A DNA stretch of 64,000 bases from Spirochaetia bacterium (GTDB lineage: Bacteria; Spirochaetota; Spirochaetia; SP-2023), in NCBI GenBank assembly GCA_965225855.1, contig CBDDCK010000005.1:832001-896000 (forward strand). Reading direction: 5' to 3'. The notes beneath the pieces are model-generated. The model searched no databases and had not been told where the DNA came from. It saw nothing but the letters and a program-made list of their open reading frames with translations. Each line of letters begins with the position of its first letter. Position 1 is the first letter of the stretch. Below, piece by piece: positions 39,532 to 48,645 of the stretch. The position numbers were made by a program, and so were the translations under genes.

Positions 39532-39560
39532 TTGACTACCAATGTGAAAATATTTATATT
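39532..39560 (+). promoter_or_regulatory. Putative sigma70 promoter of the BI-1/YccA gene
   Basis: TTGACT-17 bp-TATATT; AAGGAGG RBS downstream. Confidence 0.6.
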
Positions 39561-39590
39561 TGGCATAGTAAAAAAACTTAAGGAGGATTA

Positions 39591-40289
39591 ATGAATAATT
39601 CATTTACCCAGCCATTGAGCCAAGATAAGGCAAAAACACAAGAACAAAATTTCTTGCGCAATGTCTATACTTGGATGTGTATGGCTCTAATTATTACCGG
39701 GCTAACGGCATACCTTACGGCCAATTCTGCATTGTACTACTACTTACAAGGTGGTAGCTACATTGCGATTGCTATTGGGGTTTTAGCTCTTACCTGGTTT
39801 TTACCCAATATGGTAATGAAGCTTAGTACCAATACGGCAACGTTACTGTATGCTCTATATGCTGTCTTGCAAGGTATATTGCTTGCCTGGATTTTCAAAG
39901 CATTTACTCAATCAACGGTCTATAGTGCATTTTTTATTGCAGCTGGTACTTTTGCTACCATGGCTTTTTATGGCACAACGACCAAAAAAGATTTGAGTAG
40001 TATGGGTTCTTATTTATTGATGGGTTTGATTGGTATTGTGATAGCTTCACTGGTCAACATGTTTTTGCGCTCTAGTGGCATGGCAATGCTGATCAATTAT
40101 GCAGCTGTTTTGGTTTATACATTGCTAGCTGCGTTTGAGACCCAGCAGCTTAAACAAATGGCTCGCGAGATGAACAATGCAGATAGTGTGAGCTTTCTGC
40201 GCGTGAGCATTGTTGCAGCGTTATCGCTCTATATTACATTTATTGGTTTATTTTTGCGCATCTTGCTAATCTTGGGCCGCCGAGACTAA
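39591..40289 (+). CDS. Bax inhibitor-1/YccA family membrane protein
   Basis: FLRNVY.WM, YG.TTKKDLS, LIGIVIASLVN.F, ALSLY; about 7 TM helices. Confidence 0.9.
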   Translation: MNNSFTQPLSQDKAKTQEQNFLRNVYTWMCMALIITGLTAYLTANSALYYYLQGGSYIAIAIGVLALTWFLPNMVMKLSTNTATLLYALYAVLQGILLAWIFKAFTQSTVYSAFFIAAGTFATMAFYGTTTKKDLSSMGSYLLMGLIGIVIASLVNMFLRSSGMAMLINYAAVLVYTLLAAFETQQLKQMAREMNNADSVSFLRVSIVAALSLYITFIGLFLRILLILGRRD

Positions 40290-40315
40290 ATTCTTAAAGA
40301 TTCAAAAAACTTTCC

Positions 40316-40364
40316 AATAAAGAGCCAGGAAGCACGGAAAATTCCAGTTTTCTGGCTCTTTATT
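40316..40364 (+). terminator. Hairpin, possible terminator, after the YccA-family gene
   Basis: AATAAAGAGCCAG...CTGGCTCTTTATT inverted repeat. Confidence 0.65.
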
Positions 40365-40391
40365 AGGCTATGCCGAACTTAGGAGGACTAT

Positions 40392-41669
40392 ATGGACTGG
40401 AAATTTGCAGCTTCTTTAAGCGATTTTTTGTTTGCCAACCCAACCCCGTTTCATGCTGTAGAGCAATTACAAGCAACTCTATTAAAATCAGGTTTTTGTC
40501 CATTAGACGAGCGGGATTCTTGGGCCGAATTGCACGCTGCCAAGCCCGGTCAAGGTTTCTTTTGCCTGCGTGGTGGCAGCTTATTAGCTTGGATTCGCGG
40601 TTCAAAAATGCCGTGGGAAAGTGGCTTGCGTTTGGCAGGCACCCATACCGACAGTCCGTGTTTAAAACTAAAATTAGAAAGTGCCCATTTTGATCAAGGG
40701 GTTTTAGTTTGCCATGTTTCTGTGTATGGCAGCCCGATATTTTCTACCTATATTGACCGTAGTCTTTCTGTTGCCGGTATTACTGTTAGCTCACAGGGGG
40801 TTCTGTGTTATATCCACAGTGATAAACCCGTAGCCTTGTTGCCCAATCTTGCCATTCACTTGAACAGGGAGGCCAATACCAAACTTAGTTATAATCCTCA
40901 AACTCAACTCAAAGCGATATTCGGCCGGCAAACAGAACCCAATTGTAGTGCCGTTTCATTGCTGCGCCAGAAATTAGGTCTGGGAGACGATGAAATTTGT
41001 GAACTACAGCTGTGTAGTAGCCAAAAACCGCAATTGCTTGGGTTTGATAGCGAACTGCTAAACGGCGCACGACTTGATAATTTGTCCATGGTTTACTTAC
41101 TGCTGTGTGAATTAGAACAATCTGTTATTGGTTCTAAATGGCCGGTAGCAATTTTTTGCAATGGCGAAGAAGTGGGCAGCCGAACCTACGAAGGTGCTGA
41201 TTCTAATTTTGTCTCCAGTGTATTGCAGCGTATAGTAAACAATACCGCCAGCAGCGCAAATAGTGAACTGCAAGCTCGTACCATGGCCCGTTCATTTTTC
41301 TTGTCTTTAGATGGGGCGCATGCTAGCCATCCTAGCTATCCAGAAGCTTTGGATTTTAATTACAGTGTAAAAATGGGCGGCGGGCCGGCTTTAAAATTGC
41401 CAAACGGCGCCAGCTATAGTAGCGAGCCTTTTAGTATTGCTGAAATTCAATCTATTGCGAAACGGGCTGGTTGCTATTTACAAAATGCAGTACCGCGTTC
41501 GGACAAACCAACGGGGAGTACCATAGGCCCAATTTTATCCAGCCAGTTAGGTGTTCGTGGGGTTGACATCGGCCTACCCATGTATGCTATGCACAGTATT
41601 CAAGAAACTATTTCGCTACATGATTATTTTGCTCTGCAAAAATTGATGCATGAATATTATTACGCATAG
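40392..41669 (+). CDS. M18-family aminopeptidase
   Basis: PTPFHAV, HTDSP.L, RLDNLS, EEVGS, D.AHA.HP, GSTIGP, D.G.P..AMHS. Confidence 0.92.
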   Translation: MDWKFAASLSDFLFANPTPFHAVEQLQATLLKSGFCPLDERDSWAELHAAKPGQGFFCLRGGSLLAWIRGSKMPWESGLRLAGTHTDSPCLKLKLESAHFDQGVLVCHVSVYGSPIFSTYIDRSLSVAGITVSSQGVLCYIHSDKPVALLPNLAIHLNREANTKLSYNPQTQLKAIFGRQTEPNCSAVSLLRQKLGLGDDEICELQLCSSQKPQLLGFDSELLNGARLDNLSMVYLLLCELEQSVIGSKWPVAIFCNGEEVGSRTYEGADSNFVSSVLQRIVNNTASSANSELQARTMARSFFLSLDGAHASHPSYPEALDFNYSVKMGGGPALKLPNGASYSSEPFSIAEIQSIAKRAGCYLQNAVPRSDKPTGSTIGPILSSQLGVRGVDIGLPMYAMHSIQETISLHDYFALQKLMHEYYYA

Positions 41670-41680
41670 TTTTTGGTTGT

Positions 41681-42502
41681 ATGTTTTTGCCCGAGTGTTA
41701 TGAACAACTGATGATGGAAGTTAATTCTATTGCAGAAGAACAAGTACCTATGCGCCCTCAATTGCAAAGCCCAGAAATTCGCATTTTATTAGTGAGTAAA
41801 TACCAGAGCCGTGCAGCAATTTACAGTGCTCTAGATTATTTTGTGCAGCAGCTTAACAAGGAACCCCAAAAAAATTTGGCAAACTTTTTACCGAATTTGG
41901 GCGAAAACTATGTACAAAATGCCCAGCAGCGTGCAGCTCAATTAAAACAATATTATCCGACCCAATATGATAAGAGCCCATTCCAGCTAAAGTTTTGCCC
42001 AAAATTGGAAATGATTGGCCCACTGCAAACGAATAAAGCTGCCAAAGCGCTCAGGCTATTTTCGGTTTTGCATAGTATCTCCAGCATAAAGCAATTGCAA
42101 TCGCTAGCAAAAGCTTGGAAGAATAGAGAAACAGAAAATTCAAATTCACATTTGGATATTTTCTTTCAATACAATGCCAGTGGCGAACCCCAAAAAAATG
42201 GTTGCCACAATTACGATGAATTGAGAATTTTGGCTGATAAGCTCTTAGGACAAAACAAGCTCCGTTTACGTGGTTTGATGTGCATGGGATATGCAGACAC
42301 AGCTGCAAGCAATAACCGTAAAGTTTTTGCAGTTTGCCGCAGACTGGCAGAGCAACTTTGGTCTGACTACCCTGCGCACCAGACGGGTGGCAAATTGATT
42401 CCCAATTTTGAATTATCGATGGGTATGAGCCGAGATTACCGTGAAGCTTTACAAGAAGGGGCGAATATCTTGCGTATTGGTTCCCTACTATTTTCCGATT
42501 GA
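41681..42502 (+). CDS. yggS: PLP homeostasis protein (YggS/PlpBP)
   Basis: VSK, GENYVQ, IGPLQTNK, GLMCM, LSMGMS.DY..A..EGA...RIGS. Confidence 0.9.
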   Translation: MFLPECYEQLMMEVNSIAEEQVPMRPQLQSPEIRILLVSKYQSRAAIYSALDYFVQQLNKEPQKNLANFLPNLGENYVQNAQQRAAQLKQYYPTQYDKSPFQLKFCPKLEMIGPLQTNKAAKALRLFSVLHSISSIKQLQSLAKAWKNRETENSNSHLDIFFQYNASGEPQKNGCHNYDELRILADKLLGQNKLRLRGLMCMGYADTAASNNRKVFAVCRRLAEQLWSDYPAHQTGGKLIPNFELSMGMSRDYREALQEGANILRIGSLLFSD

Positions 42503-42505
42503 TTT

Positions 42506-43153
42506 ATGATATTGTCTGCTATGCTTTTCATGCCATTATCCAGAAAGCTTGTGCGCCTATCATCTTGGTCAGCATCTTGGTTGTTATGCCTGTGCTTGGT
42601 AGGGGTTGCAAATTTTGGCGATTTGCTAATTGCAGGATTACAAACACGGAGACCAGATTGGGCTAAAATTTGGTTTTTTAGCCCAACACAGCTTGCAGCA
42701 CAAAACCAAAATGTCAAGCCTGTGCCCTATGAAGACGATGAATTTCCGTTGTTTCTCCAAAATGTCCGCCGTTTTGAAGTGATCTTGATCGGCTCTATTC
42801 CCCTAACCATATTATTTGCTTCATTAGCCTATGACATTGTCTATAGCATTAGCAATCCGGATATTCACGAACTGACAACCCCAAGTGAAAACGAACATTT
42901 ATTTGGAAAAATTGGGATTAGCATTAGTATTAGTGGTTTACTGGCTGTGTTGGATATGGCGATACATTTGAGTCACCGCAATAAAGCGAGGAGAGAACGT
43001 GAGAGAGTATTGCGTAACAGTGAATTTATCAAAAAAACAGATTATCCAGAGCAAAGAACAAGCTTTGAAACAAACTCTGGCAAAACAAAGGCAGAAAGTC
43101 CCGGAGGGTCTAAGCAGTCCAAGCCAAGCTCGCCGGCCATTACCAAACCATAA
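42506..43153 (+). CDS. Hypothetical membrane protein
   Basis: PY..DEFP....RRFE....GSIP pattern plus TM helices, recalled from spirochete proteins encoded between yggS and rluD. Confidence 0.6.
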   Translation: MILSAMLFMPLSRKLVRLSSWSASWLLCLCLVGVANFGDLLIAGLQTRRPDWAKIWFFSPTQLAAQNQNVKPVPYEDDEFPLFLQNVRRFEVILIGSIPLTILFASLAYDIVYSISNPDIHELTTPSENEHLFGKIGISISISGLLAVLDMAIHLSHRNKARRERERVLRNSEFIKKTDYPEQRTSFETNSGKTKAESPGGSKQSKPSSPAITKP

Positions 43154-43202
43154 AGCAACCAAACACATCAAAATTTTAGAACAACGTCTAGACCAAACAA
43201 TA

Positions 43203-44312
43203 ATGCTCCTTGAATCTGCGCCACATGTGCGATTAGATCAGTATATTTGTAGCCTAGCTTTGGAAGGCTTAGAAAGCCGCAGCCAACTCAAACGGCTCAA
43301 AGTGCAAGTATTCAAAGATGAAAAACCGTTAAAACTCTCCCATTTGGTAGAAGATGGCGAACAACTACAAATCCGATGGCAGGAAAAACAAGGTTTTGAT
43401 GCAAACATTGCCGTTCCGATGGATTTAAAGATTCTGTATGAAGACGAAGATATTGTATTGTTGGATAAGCCTCAGGGGCTGGCTGTTCACGGGGCTGCTA
43501 GTTTACACGAACCTAATTTAGTACAGGGACTATGCGCCCGTTACCAAAATTTTACACAGTGCTTTGAAAACTTTGAAGAACCCAATCCAAATCAATTAGG
43601 CCATGAATTCCTGCGCCCTGGGATTGTCCACCGGCTGGATAAAGATACTTCTGGGGTGTTGGTCGTTGCGCGCCATACGGCTAGTTTGCGTTGTTTAAGT
43701 GAGCAATTTGCGGCGCGCCAAGTAAAAAAAACATACTATGCCATTACACACGGCCGCCCATCGCAAATGGCGGGGCGTATTGAGCTGCCACTAATGCGTT
43801 CGCCCAAAACGCCCCAGCACTATACCACTTATGAGCCTAGCCGTTTGATTGGACTGTATAGTCAAAGTACTGCCAATCAAGGCAAGGTTGCTACTGGTAA
43901 AGTTCGTGAGGCGCTTACAGAATATGAGGTTGTGCACAGTTGGCAAGTTCGCCGTGTATTACCGGGTAAAAAAAATCAGCAGATTTTTGAACAACAGCAA
44001 TTTAGCCTATTACGGTTACAACCTAAAACTGGACGGACACATCAAATTCGGGTACACCTCAAACATTTAGGCTGCCCAATTGTGGGAGACCCAATTTATG
44101 GCAAGGTACAGCTTGATAGTGAGTTAGCAAACGCCCTACCCAATTTGGGCTTAATGTTACATGCATTCCGTTTGGAGTTTTGCCACCCAAATACATTCCA
44201 CCATAAAGATGGGCAAACAAATAGTGCCCAACATACCCAAAGGGCCCAAGCACCAACACCAGCACATTTTCGCAAGCTACTCCACTATTTGGCGCAAGTA
44301 CAACAAAGGTAG
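43203..44312 (+). CDS. rluD: RluA/RluD-family pseudouridine synthase
   Basis: S4-like RLDQY, DKPQGL.VH, RPGIVHRLDKDTSG, TGRTHQIRVH, PIVGD..YG; start uncertain (ORF open from 42999). Confidence 0.88.
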   Translation: MLLESAPHVRLDQYICSLALEGLESRSQLKRLKVQVFKDEKPLKLSHLVEDGEQLQIRWQEKQGFDANIAVPMDLKILYEDEDIVLLDKPQGLAVHGAASLHEPNLVQGLCARYQNFTQCFENFEEPNPNQLGHEFLRPGIVHRLDKDTSGVLVVARHTASLRCLSEQFAARQVKKTYYAITHGRPSQMAGRIELPLMRSPKTPQHYTTYEPSRLIGLYSQSTANQGKVATGKVREALTEYEVVHSWQVRRVLPGKKNQQIFEQQQFSLLRLQPKTGRTHQIRVHLKHLGCPIVGDPIYGKVQLDSELANALPNLGLMLHAFRLEFCHPNTFHHKDGQTNSAQHTQRAQAPTPAHFRKLLHYLAQVQQR

Positions 44313-44446
44313 CACAAAACATAAATTGCTCCAACCTTTAAGCCGATTGATTGTAAAAGGCTAGCTAAACCAACGGCTCACTGCTAAAATCTTTTGCTAG
44401 TACTACAACCCCAAAGGCCACACGCAAAAAACATAATAGGTAATTC

Positions 44447-44506
44447 CATAGTTATAGATTGTACAAGTCGATAACTATGAACTAGGTCGGCCCATAGTTA
44501 TCGACT
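44447..44506. repeat. Three 14-bp units in alternating orientation between convergent rluD and lipoprotein paralog 2
   Basis: CATAGTTATAGATT (44447), AGTCGATAACTATG (44466), CATAGTTATCGACT (44493). Confidence 0.75.
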
Positions 44507-44576
44507 AGGTTGTTTCTCAATATTCAATACAGGGCAACCCAGTAATTAGCCAATCGTTAGTAAACTAATAGTTACC

Positions 44577-46958
44577 TTATAACACTACACTAATACTAGT
44601 TGTTGGGTCTTCTGGACTACCAGTTACAAATCCTGCTGCTGCTTCCAGGTTGTATGCACCATTATTATCACTACCACCTTTCTTAAACAGTATCTTATCG
44701 ACTTCCGCTTTTACACTACCGCTTAAAATCATCCTTAAGCCTCCTATACCTGCTGCAGTACCTGTGGCTGTGTCTTCACCTGCGGTTGCGTGCTGGGGTA
44801 ATGTGTATTTCTTACTACCATCACCGGATACAAACGTCAATTTGCTAAAGTCCCACTCTGCAATTGTTGTCGGTAAATCAGTACCAGAAAGCCATAACTC
44901 GCCTTTATCAGCATAGTATGATGCGTTGATGATGCTGGCTGTATACCCACTAACGGTAATAGGGTTATTGCTTGTGTCTGCTGCCCTACCACCTGCAAAT
45001 CCTGCTGCTGCTTCCAGGTTGTATTCACTACCAGTATTTCCTGTAAGACCATTCCTAGACAATATATTCTCGGCTTGCGCTTTTACTCTACCGCTTAAAG
45101 TAATCGTTAAGCTTGTTGCACTTGCTGCAGAACCTGTGGCTATGTCTGCACCTGTGGTTGAGTGCTGGGGTAATGTGTAGCTGCGTGAAATATTATTTAT
45201 TCCAAACCTCAATTTTCTAAAGTCCCAGCTATTCACTGTTGACGGTAAATTAGTACCTGTAATCACTAACACGCCTGTAATAGCATTGTAGGTTGCACTG
45301 GTAATTGCGGGTGGTGGGTTTCCACTAACGGCTAAGGCTTTGGCTGTATTTAAACCCGCCCAAGCACCAGTGCCAACGCTAAGCAACCTATCTTTTCTAC
45401 CATTGCTATCCATACCGGTCTTGCCATTCAGAGTAGCTTTATGTTGATCGGTAAGGTAAAGCCAAAGCGCTGTGCCAGCGCTATGCAGGCGGTACTTACC
45501 TTTTGTAAGACCGCGACTATCTGGACCATTGGCATCCTCATCTGCAATATAGGAACTTAAGGCTAAGCCAGCTACCGTGATAGTTTGGATTTGGGCTTGT
45601 TGCGCACTACCTAAGTGATTACCTTGTATGGTTAGCAGCGCCGTGCCAACATGGTAGGTTGCACTGGTAATTGCGGGTGGGTTTCCACTAACGGCCAAGG
45701 CTTTGGCTGTATCTAAACCCGCCCAAGTACCAGTGCTAGTAAGCAACCCATCTTTTAGACCATTGCTATCCATACCGGGCTTGCCATTCAGAGTAGTTTT
45801 ATGTCGATCGGTAAGGTAAAGCCAAAGCGCTGTGCCATCGCTTTTCATACGGTACTTACCTTTTGCAAGACCGCGACTATCTGGCCCAGTGGCTGTGGCA
45901 GTATAGGAATCTAAAGCTACCCCATCTACCGTGATGGTTTGGATTTGGGCTTGGGTAGCACTAGCTAAGAGAGTACCTTGCAAGGTTAACAGCGCCGTGC
46001 CAACATGGTAGCTTGCACCGGTAATTGCGGGGTTTCCACTAACGGTTAAGGCTTTGGCTGTATCTAAACCCGCCCAACTACCAGTGCTAGTAAGCAACCC
46101 ATCTTTTAGACCATTGCTATCCATACCGTCCTTGCCATTCAGAGTAGTTTTATGTTGATCGGTAAGGTAAAGCCAAAGCGCTGTGCCATCGCTTTTAATA
46201 CGGTACTTACCTTTTGCAAGACTGCTACTATCTGCCCCAGTGGCTGTGCCATCTGCAGTATAAGAATTTAAGACTAGGTCATATACTTTGATGGTTTGGA
46301 TTTGGGCTTGGGTCGCAGTTGTAGGACTTAAGTTAGAACCTTGTACAGTTAGCAGCGCCGTGCCAACATGGTAGCTTGCACGGGTAATTGCAGCTTCAGG
46401 CGACTGCTCTTCAGCTTGTTCGACTTGTTCAGCTTGTTCGTCTTCAGTTTGCTTAGATGGCTGATTGTCATCGGATACTTTAGACTGCTTATCGGGTACA
46501 TTCCTAACGGTTAAGTCTTTGGCTGTATTTAAACCCGCCCAAGCACCAGAGCTAGTAAGCAACCCTTTTTTTAGACCATTGGTATTCATACCCACCTTGG
46601 TCTGAAGAGCAGCTTTATGTGGATCGGTAAGTCTAAGCCAAATCGCTGTGCCATCGCTTTTCATACGGTACTTACCTTTTGCCAGATTGCTATTATCTGG
46701 CCCAGTGGGTTTGGCATCTGCAGTATAGGAACTTAAGGCTACGCCATCTACTACGATGGTTTGGATTTGGGCTTCTGTAGGACTTAAGTCAGTACCTTGT
46801 ACGGTTAACAGCGCCGTAGCAAAGTCGTAGATGGCGTTATTGATAGTCGGCTTAGACGGCCCAGAAGATCGATCATCGTCATCGGGTGGGGCGCAGGCCA
46901 AGGCCATAAAGGCCAGTAGCCAGGCTACTGGCAATAAAAGTAGTTTGAGCTTATACAT
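44577..46958 (-). CDS. Modular repeat surface lipoprotein, paralog 2 (A-linker-A-A-A-B-B)
   Basis: Same RBS, lipoprotein signal and repeat types as paralog 1; 5' ~450 bp nearly identical to it. Confidence 0.85.
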   Translation of the reverse strand: MYKLKLLLLPVAWLLAFMALACAPPDDDDRSSGPSKPTINNAIYDFATALLTVQGTDLSPTEAQIQTIVVDGVALSSYTADAKPTGPDNSNLAKGKYRMKSDGTAIWLRLTDPHKAALQTKVGMNTNGLKKGLLTSSGAWAGLNTAKDLTVRNVPDKQSKVSDDNQPSKQTEDEQAEQVEQAEEQSPEAAITRASYHVGTALLTVQGSNLSPTTATQAQIQTIKVYDLVLNSYTADGTATGADSSSLAKGKYRIKSDGTALWLYLTDQHKTTLNGKDGMDSNGLKDGLLTSTGSWAGLDTAKALTVSGNPAITGASYHVGTALLTLQGTLLASATQAQIQTITVDGVALDSYTATATGPDSRGLAKGKYRMKSDGTALWLYLTDRHKTTLNGKPGMDSNGLKDGLLTSTGTWAGLDTAKALAVSGNPPAITSATYHVGTALLTIQGNHLGSAQQAQIQTITVAGLALSSYIADEDANGPDSRGLTKGKYRLHSAGTALWLYLTDQHKATLNGKTGMDSNGRKDRLLSVGTGAWAGLNTAKALAVSGNPPPAITSATYNAITGVLVITGTNLPSTVNSWDFRKLRFGINNISRSYTLPQHSTTGADIATGSAASATSLTITLSGRVKAQAENILSRNGLTGNTGSEYNLEAAAGFAGGRAADTSNNPITVSGYTASIINASYYADKGELWLSGTDLPTTIAEWDFSKLTFVSGDGSKKYTLPQHATAGEDTATGTAAGIGGLRMILSGSVKAEVDKILFKKGGSDNNGAYNLEAAAGFVTGSPEDPTTSISVVL

Positions 46959-47021
46959 AAGCAATACCTCCAACAATGGATAAAGATTAACCAACCCATA
47001 CGGGCTAGTCTGTAAATCCCC

Positions 47022-47048
47022 ATTTTGCTAGGGGGGGTGTTGCGTCAA
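47022..47048 (-). promoter_or_regulatory. Putative promoter with C7 tract in a 15-bp spacer (lipoprotein copy 2)
   Basis: Minus strand TTGACG-caacaCCCCCCCtag-CAAAAT. Confidence 0.65.
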
Positions 47049-47172
47049 GGCCTATACAAGCTTTTTGTAAGTTTTTTTATGTTTGGGCACTTTTTTTGTG
47101 TGTTAGTGTTGTAAGGTGGTTCAAAATCCATGCCAATCAAAAGGCTTAAGGCTATGCGATAGCAAGCACAAC

Positions 47173-47213
47173 GCCAACCATGCCAACCGTGCCAACCCAA
47201 CCATGCCAACCAT
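47173..47213. repeat. Degenerate GCCAACCAT microrepeat
   Basis: gccaaccat gccaaccgt gccaac ccaaccat gccaaccat. Confidence 0.7.
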
Positions 47214-47427
47214 TGGGCGGTATCAATATATCGCAGTTGGGGTCATCGGCCCGCAATATATAGCCAGATATTGTGCAAGTCGTCTAAAATGCCAGCATTG
47301 ACGCTGTGGGCTAAGGTCAAAGCATCGGCATACTGGCCCTATTTGAGGTCGTCCCAGTTTTGGCTTTCTACGATGTTGTTGGGTTTTAGCAAGTCTATGG
47401 CCTGCTTATTTTTATGGTTTTTAGTGC

Positions 47428-47589
47428 CTTGCTATGATACATCTCTCCGCCTTCGATCAATACCTTACTCCAATGCGGATCAAGGCCTTGATCGAAGTGG
47501 GAAAGTTATATTGCACCAATGCGGAGTAAGGCATTACTCCAATGCGGAACAATACTTTATACCAATGTGGAAAGCTATATTGTAGCAAG
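47428..47589. repeat. 162-bp array of seven 18-bp quasi-palindromes at 23-bp period (copy 2)
   Basis: Cores start at 47431, 47454, 47477, 47500, 47523, 47546, 47569; same core vocabulary as 13011-13172 in a different order. Confidence 0.9.
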
Positions 47590-47722
47590 ACAGGCGATGA
47601 CTTGTAGATTGGCATCGGCAAACCAATTGCCCAATTGCGTTTGTATGTGCGTTTGTATGGCTATTTCGGCTTGTTGGGCTAGTGTCGGCTTAGTGTGGGC
47701 CGTTCAGCAAGATAACAAGCTT

Positions 47723-48607
47723 TTAAAGAAAATCCAAACCAATATCCAAAATGGCAGCAGAGTGCGTTAGGGCTCCTACAGAAATAAAATCAACCCCTGT
47801 TTGTGCTATCTGGGCCACTTGCTCTAAACGGATACCGCCCGAAGCTTCAACCTGCGCGCGCTTAGCAATGTATTGAACGGCTGCTCTCATATCAAGCAAG
47901 CTCATATTATCTAATAGAATACAATCGGGGCTTGAATCTCTGTGGGCAAAATCAATTTGGTAAAGCTGCTCTAAAGAGTCTAGCTCTAGCTCTACAGCAA
48001 GCATATGACTTGCGTTTTTGCGAGCTGCCTGCAACGCTGGTACAATACCACCGGCTGCAGCAATATGGTTATCCTTAATCATAATCGCATCAAACAAACC
48101 AAAGCGGTGATTGCAACCACCCCCACAGCGTACGGCAAACTTTTCCAACGCTCTTAACCCTGGATTGGTCTTGCGCGTATCGGTAATCAAAGTTTGATTA
48201 TGGGCCACCGCTTGAACATACTCTTGCGTCATACTGGCAATACCGCTTAGATGGCAAAGATAATTTAGTGCCACGCGCTCGCGACTTAGCAATGGCAAAG
48301 CAAGCCCCGAAATTTTCGCTAATACGGTATTAGCCGGTACCACAGCCCCATCTTGCTGGTATAGCTCTACCTGTAGAGAGGAGTTATCATATAAAAATGC
48401 GGCCTTTGCCAGCTCTAAACCAGAGACAACATAATGTTTATTTAGCTGGCCACGCAAGCGCAATTGGGCAACCGCTTGGGTATTGGGCGCAATACAAGCT
48501 TGGCTAGTAACATCACCAGCAAGGCCCCAGTCTTCGGCAAAAGCCGTGCCTAATGCTTGCTGAATAATATGGTTTGCTGGTTGCAAGATTGTTCTCATCG
48601 TTATCAC
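47723..48607 (-). CDS. nadC: Quinolinate phosphoribosyltransferase
   Basis: ED....GDVTS, ERVALN, DTRKT.PGLR..EK, HRFGL.D.I.IKDNH, LLDNM, EASGG. Confidence 0.95.
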   Translation of the reverse strand: MITMRTILQPANHIIQQALGTAFAEDWGLAGDVTSQACIAPNTQAVAQLRLRGQLNKHYVVSGLELAKAAFLYDNSSLQVELYQQDGAVVPANTVLAKISGLALPLLSRERVALNYLCHLSGIASMTQEYVQAVAHNQTLITDTRKTNPGLRALEKFAVRCGGGCNHRFGLFDAIMIKDNHIAAAGGIVPALQAARKNASHMLAVELELDSLEQLYQIDFAHRDSSPDCILLDNMSLLDMRAAVQYIAKRAQVEASGGIRLEQVAQIAQTGVDFISVGALTHSAAILDIGLDFL

Positions 48608-48645
48608 TTTATTATCTACAAAATTTTATTGGGTAGATATATCCA

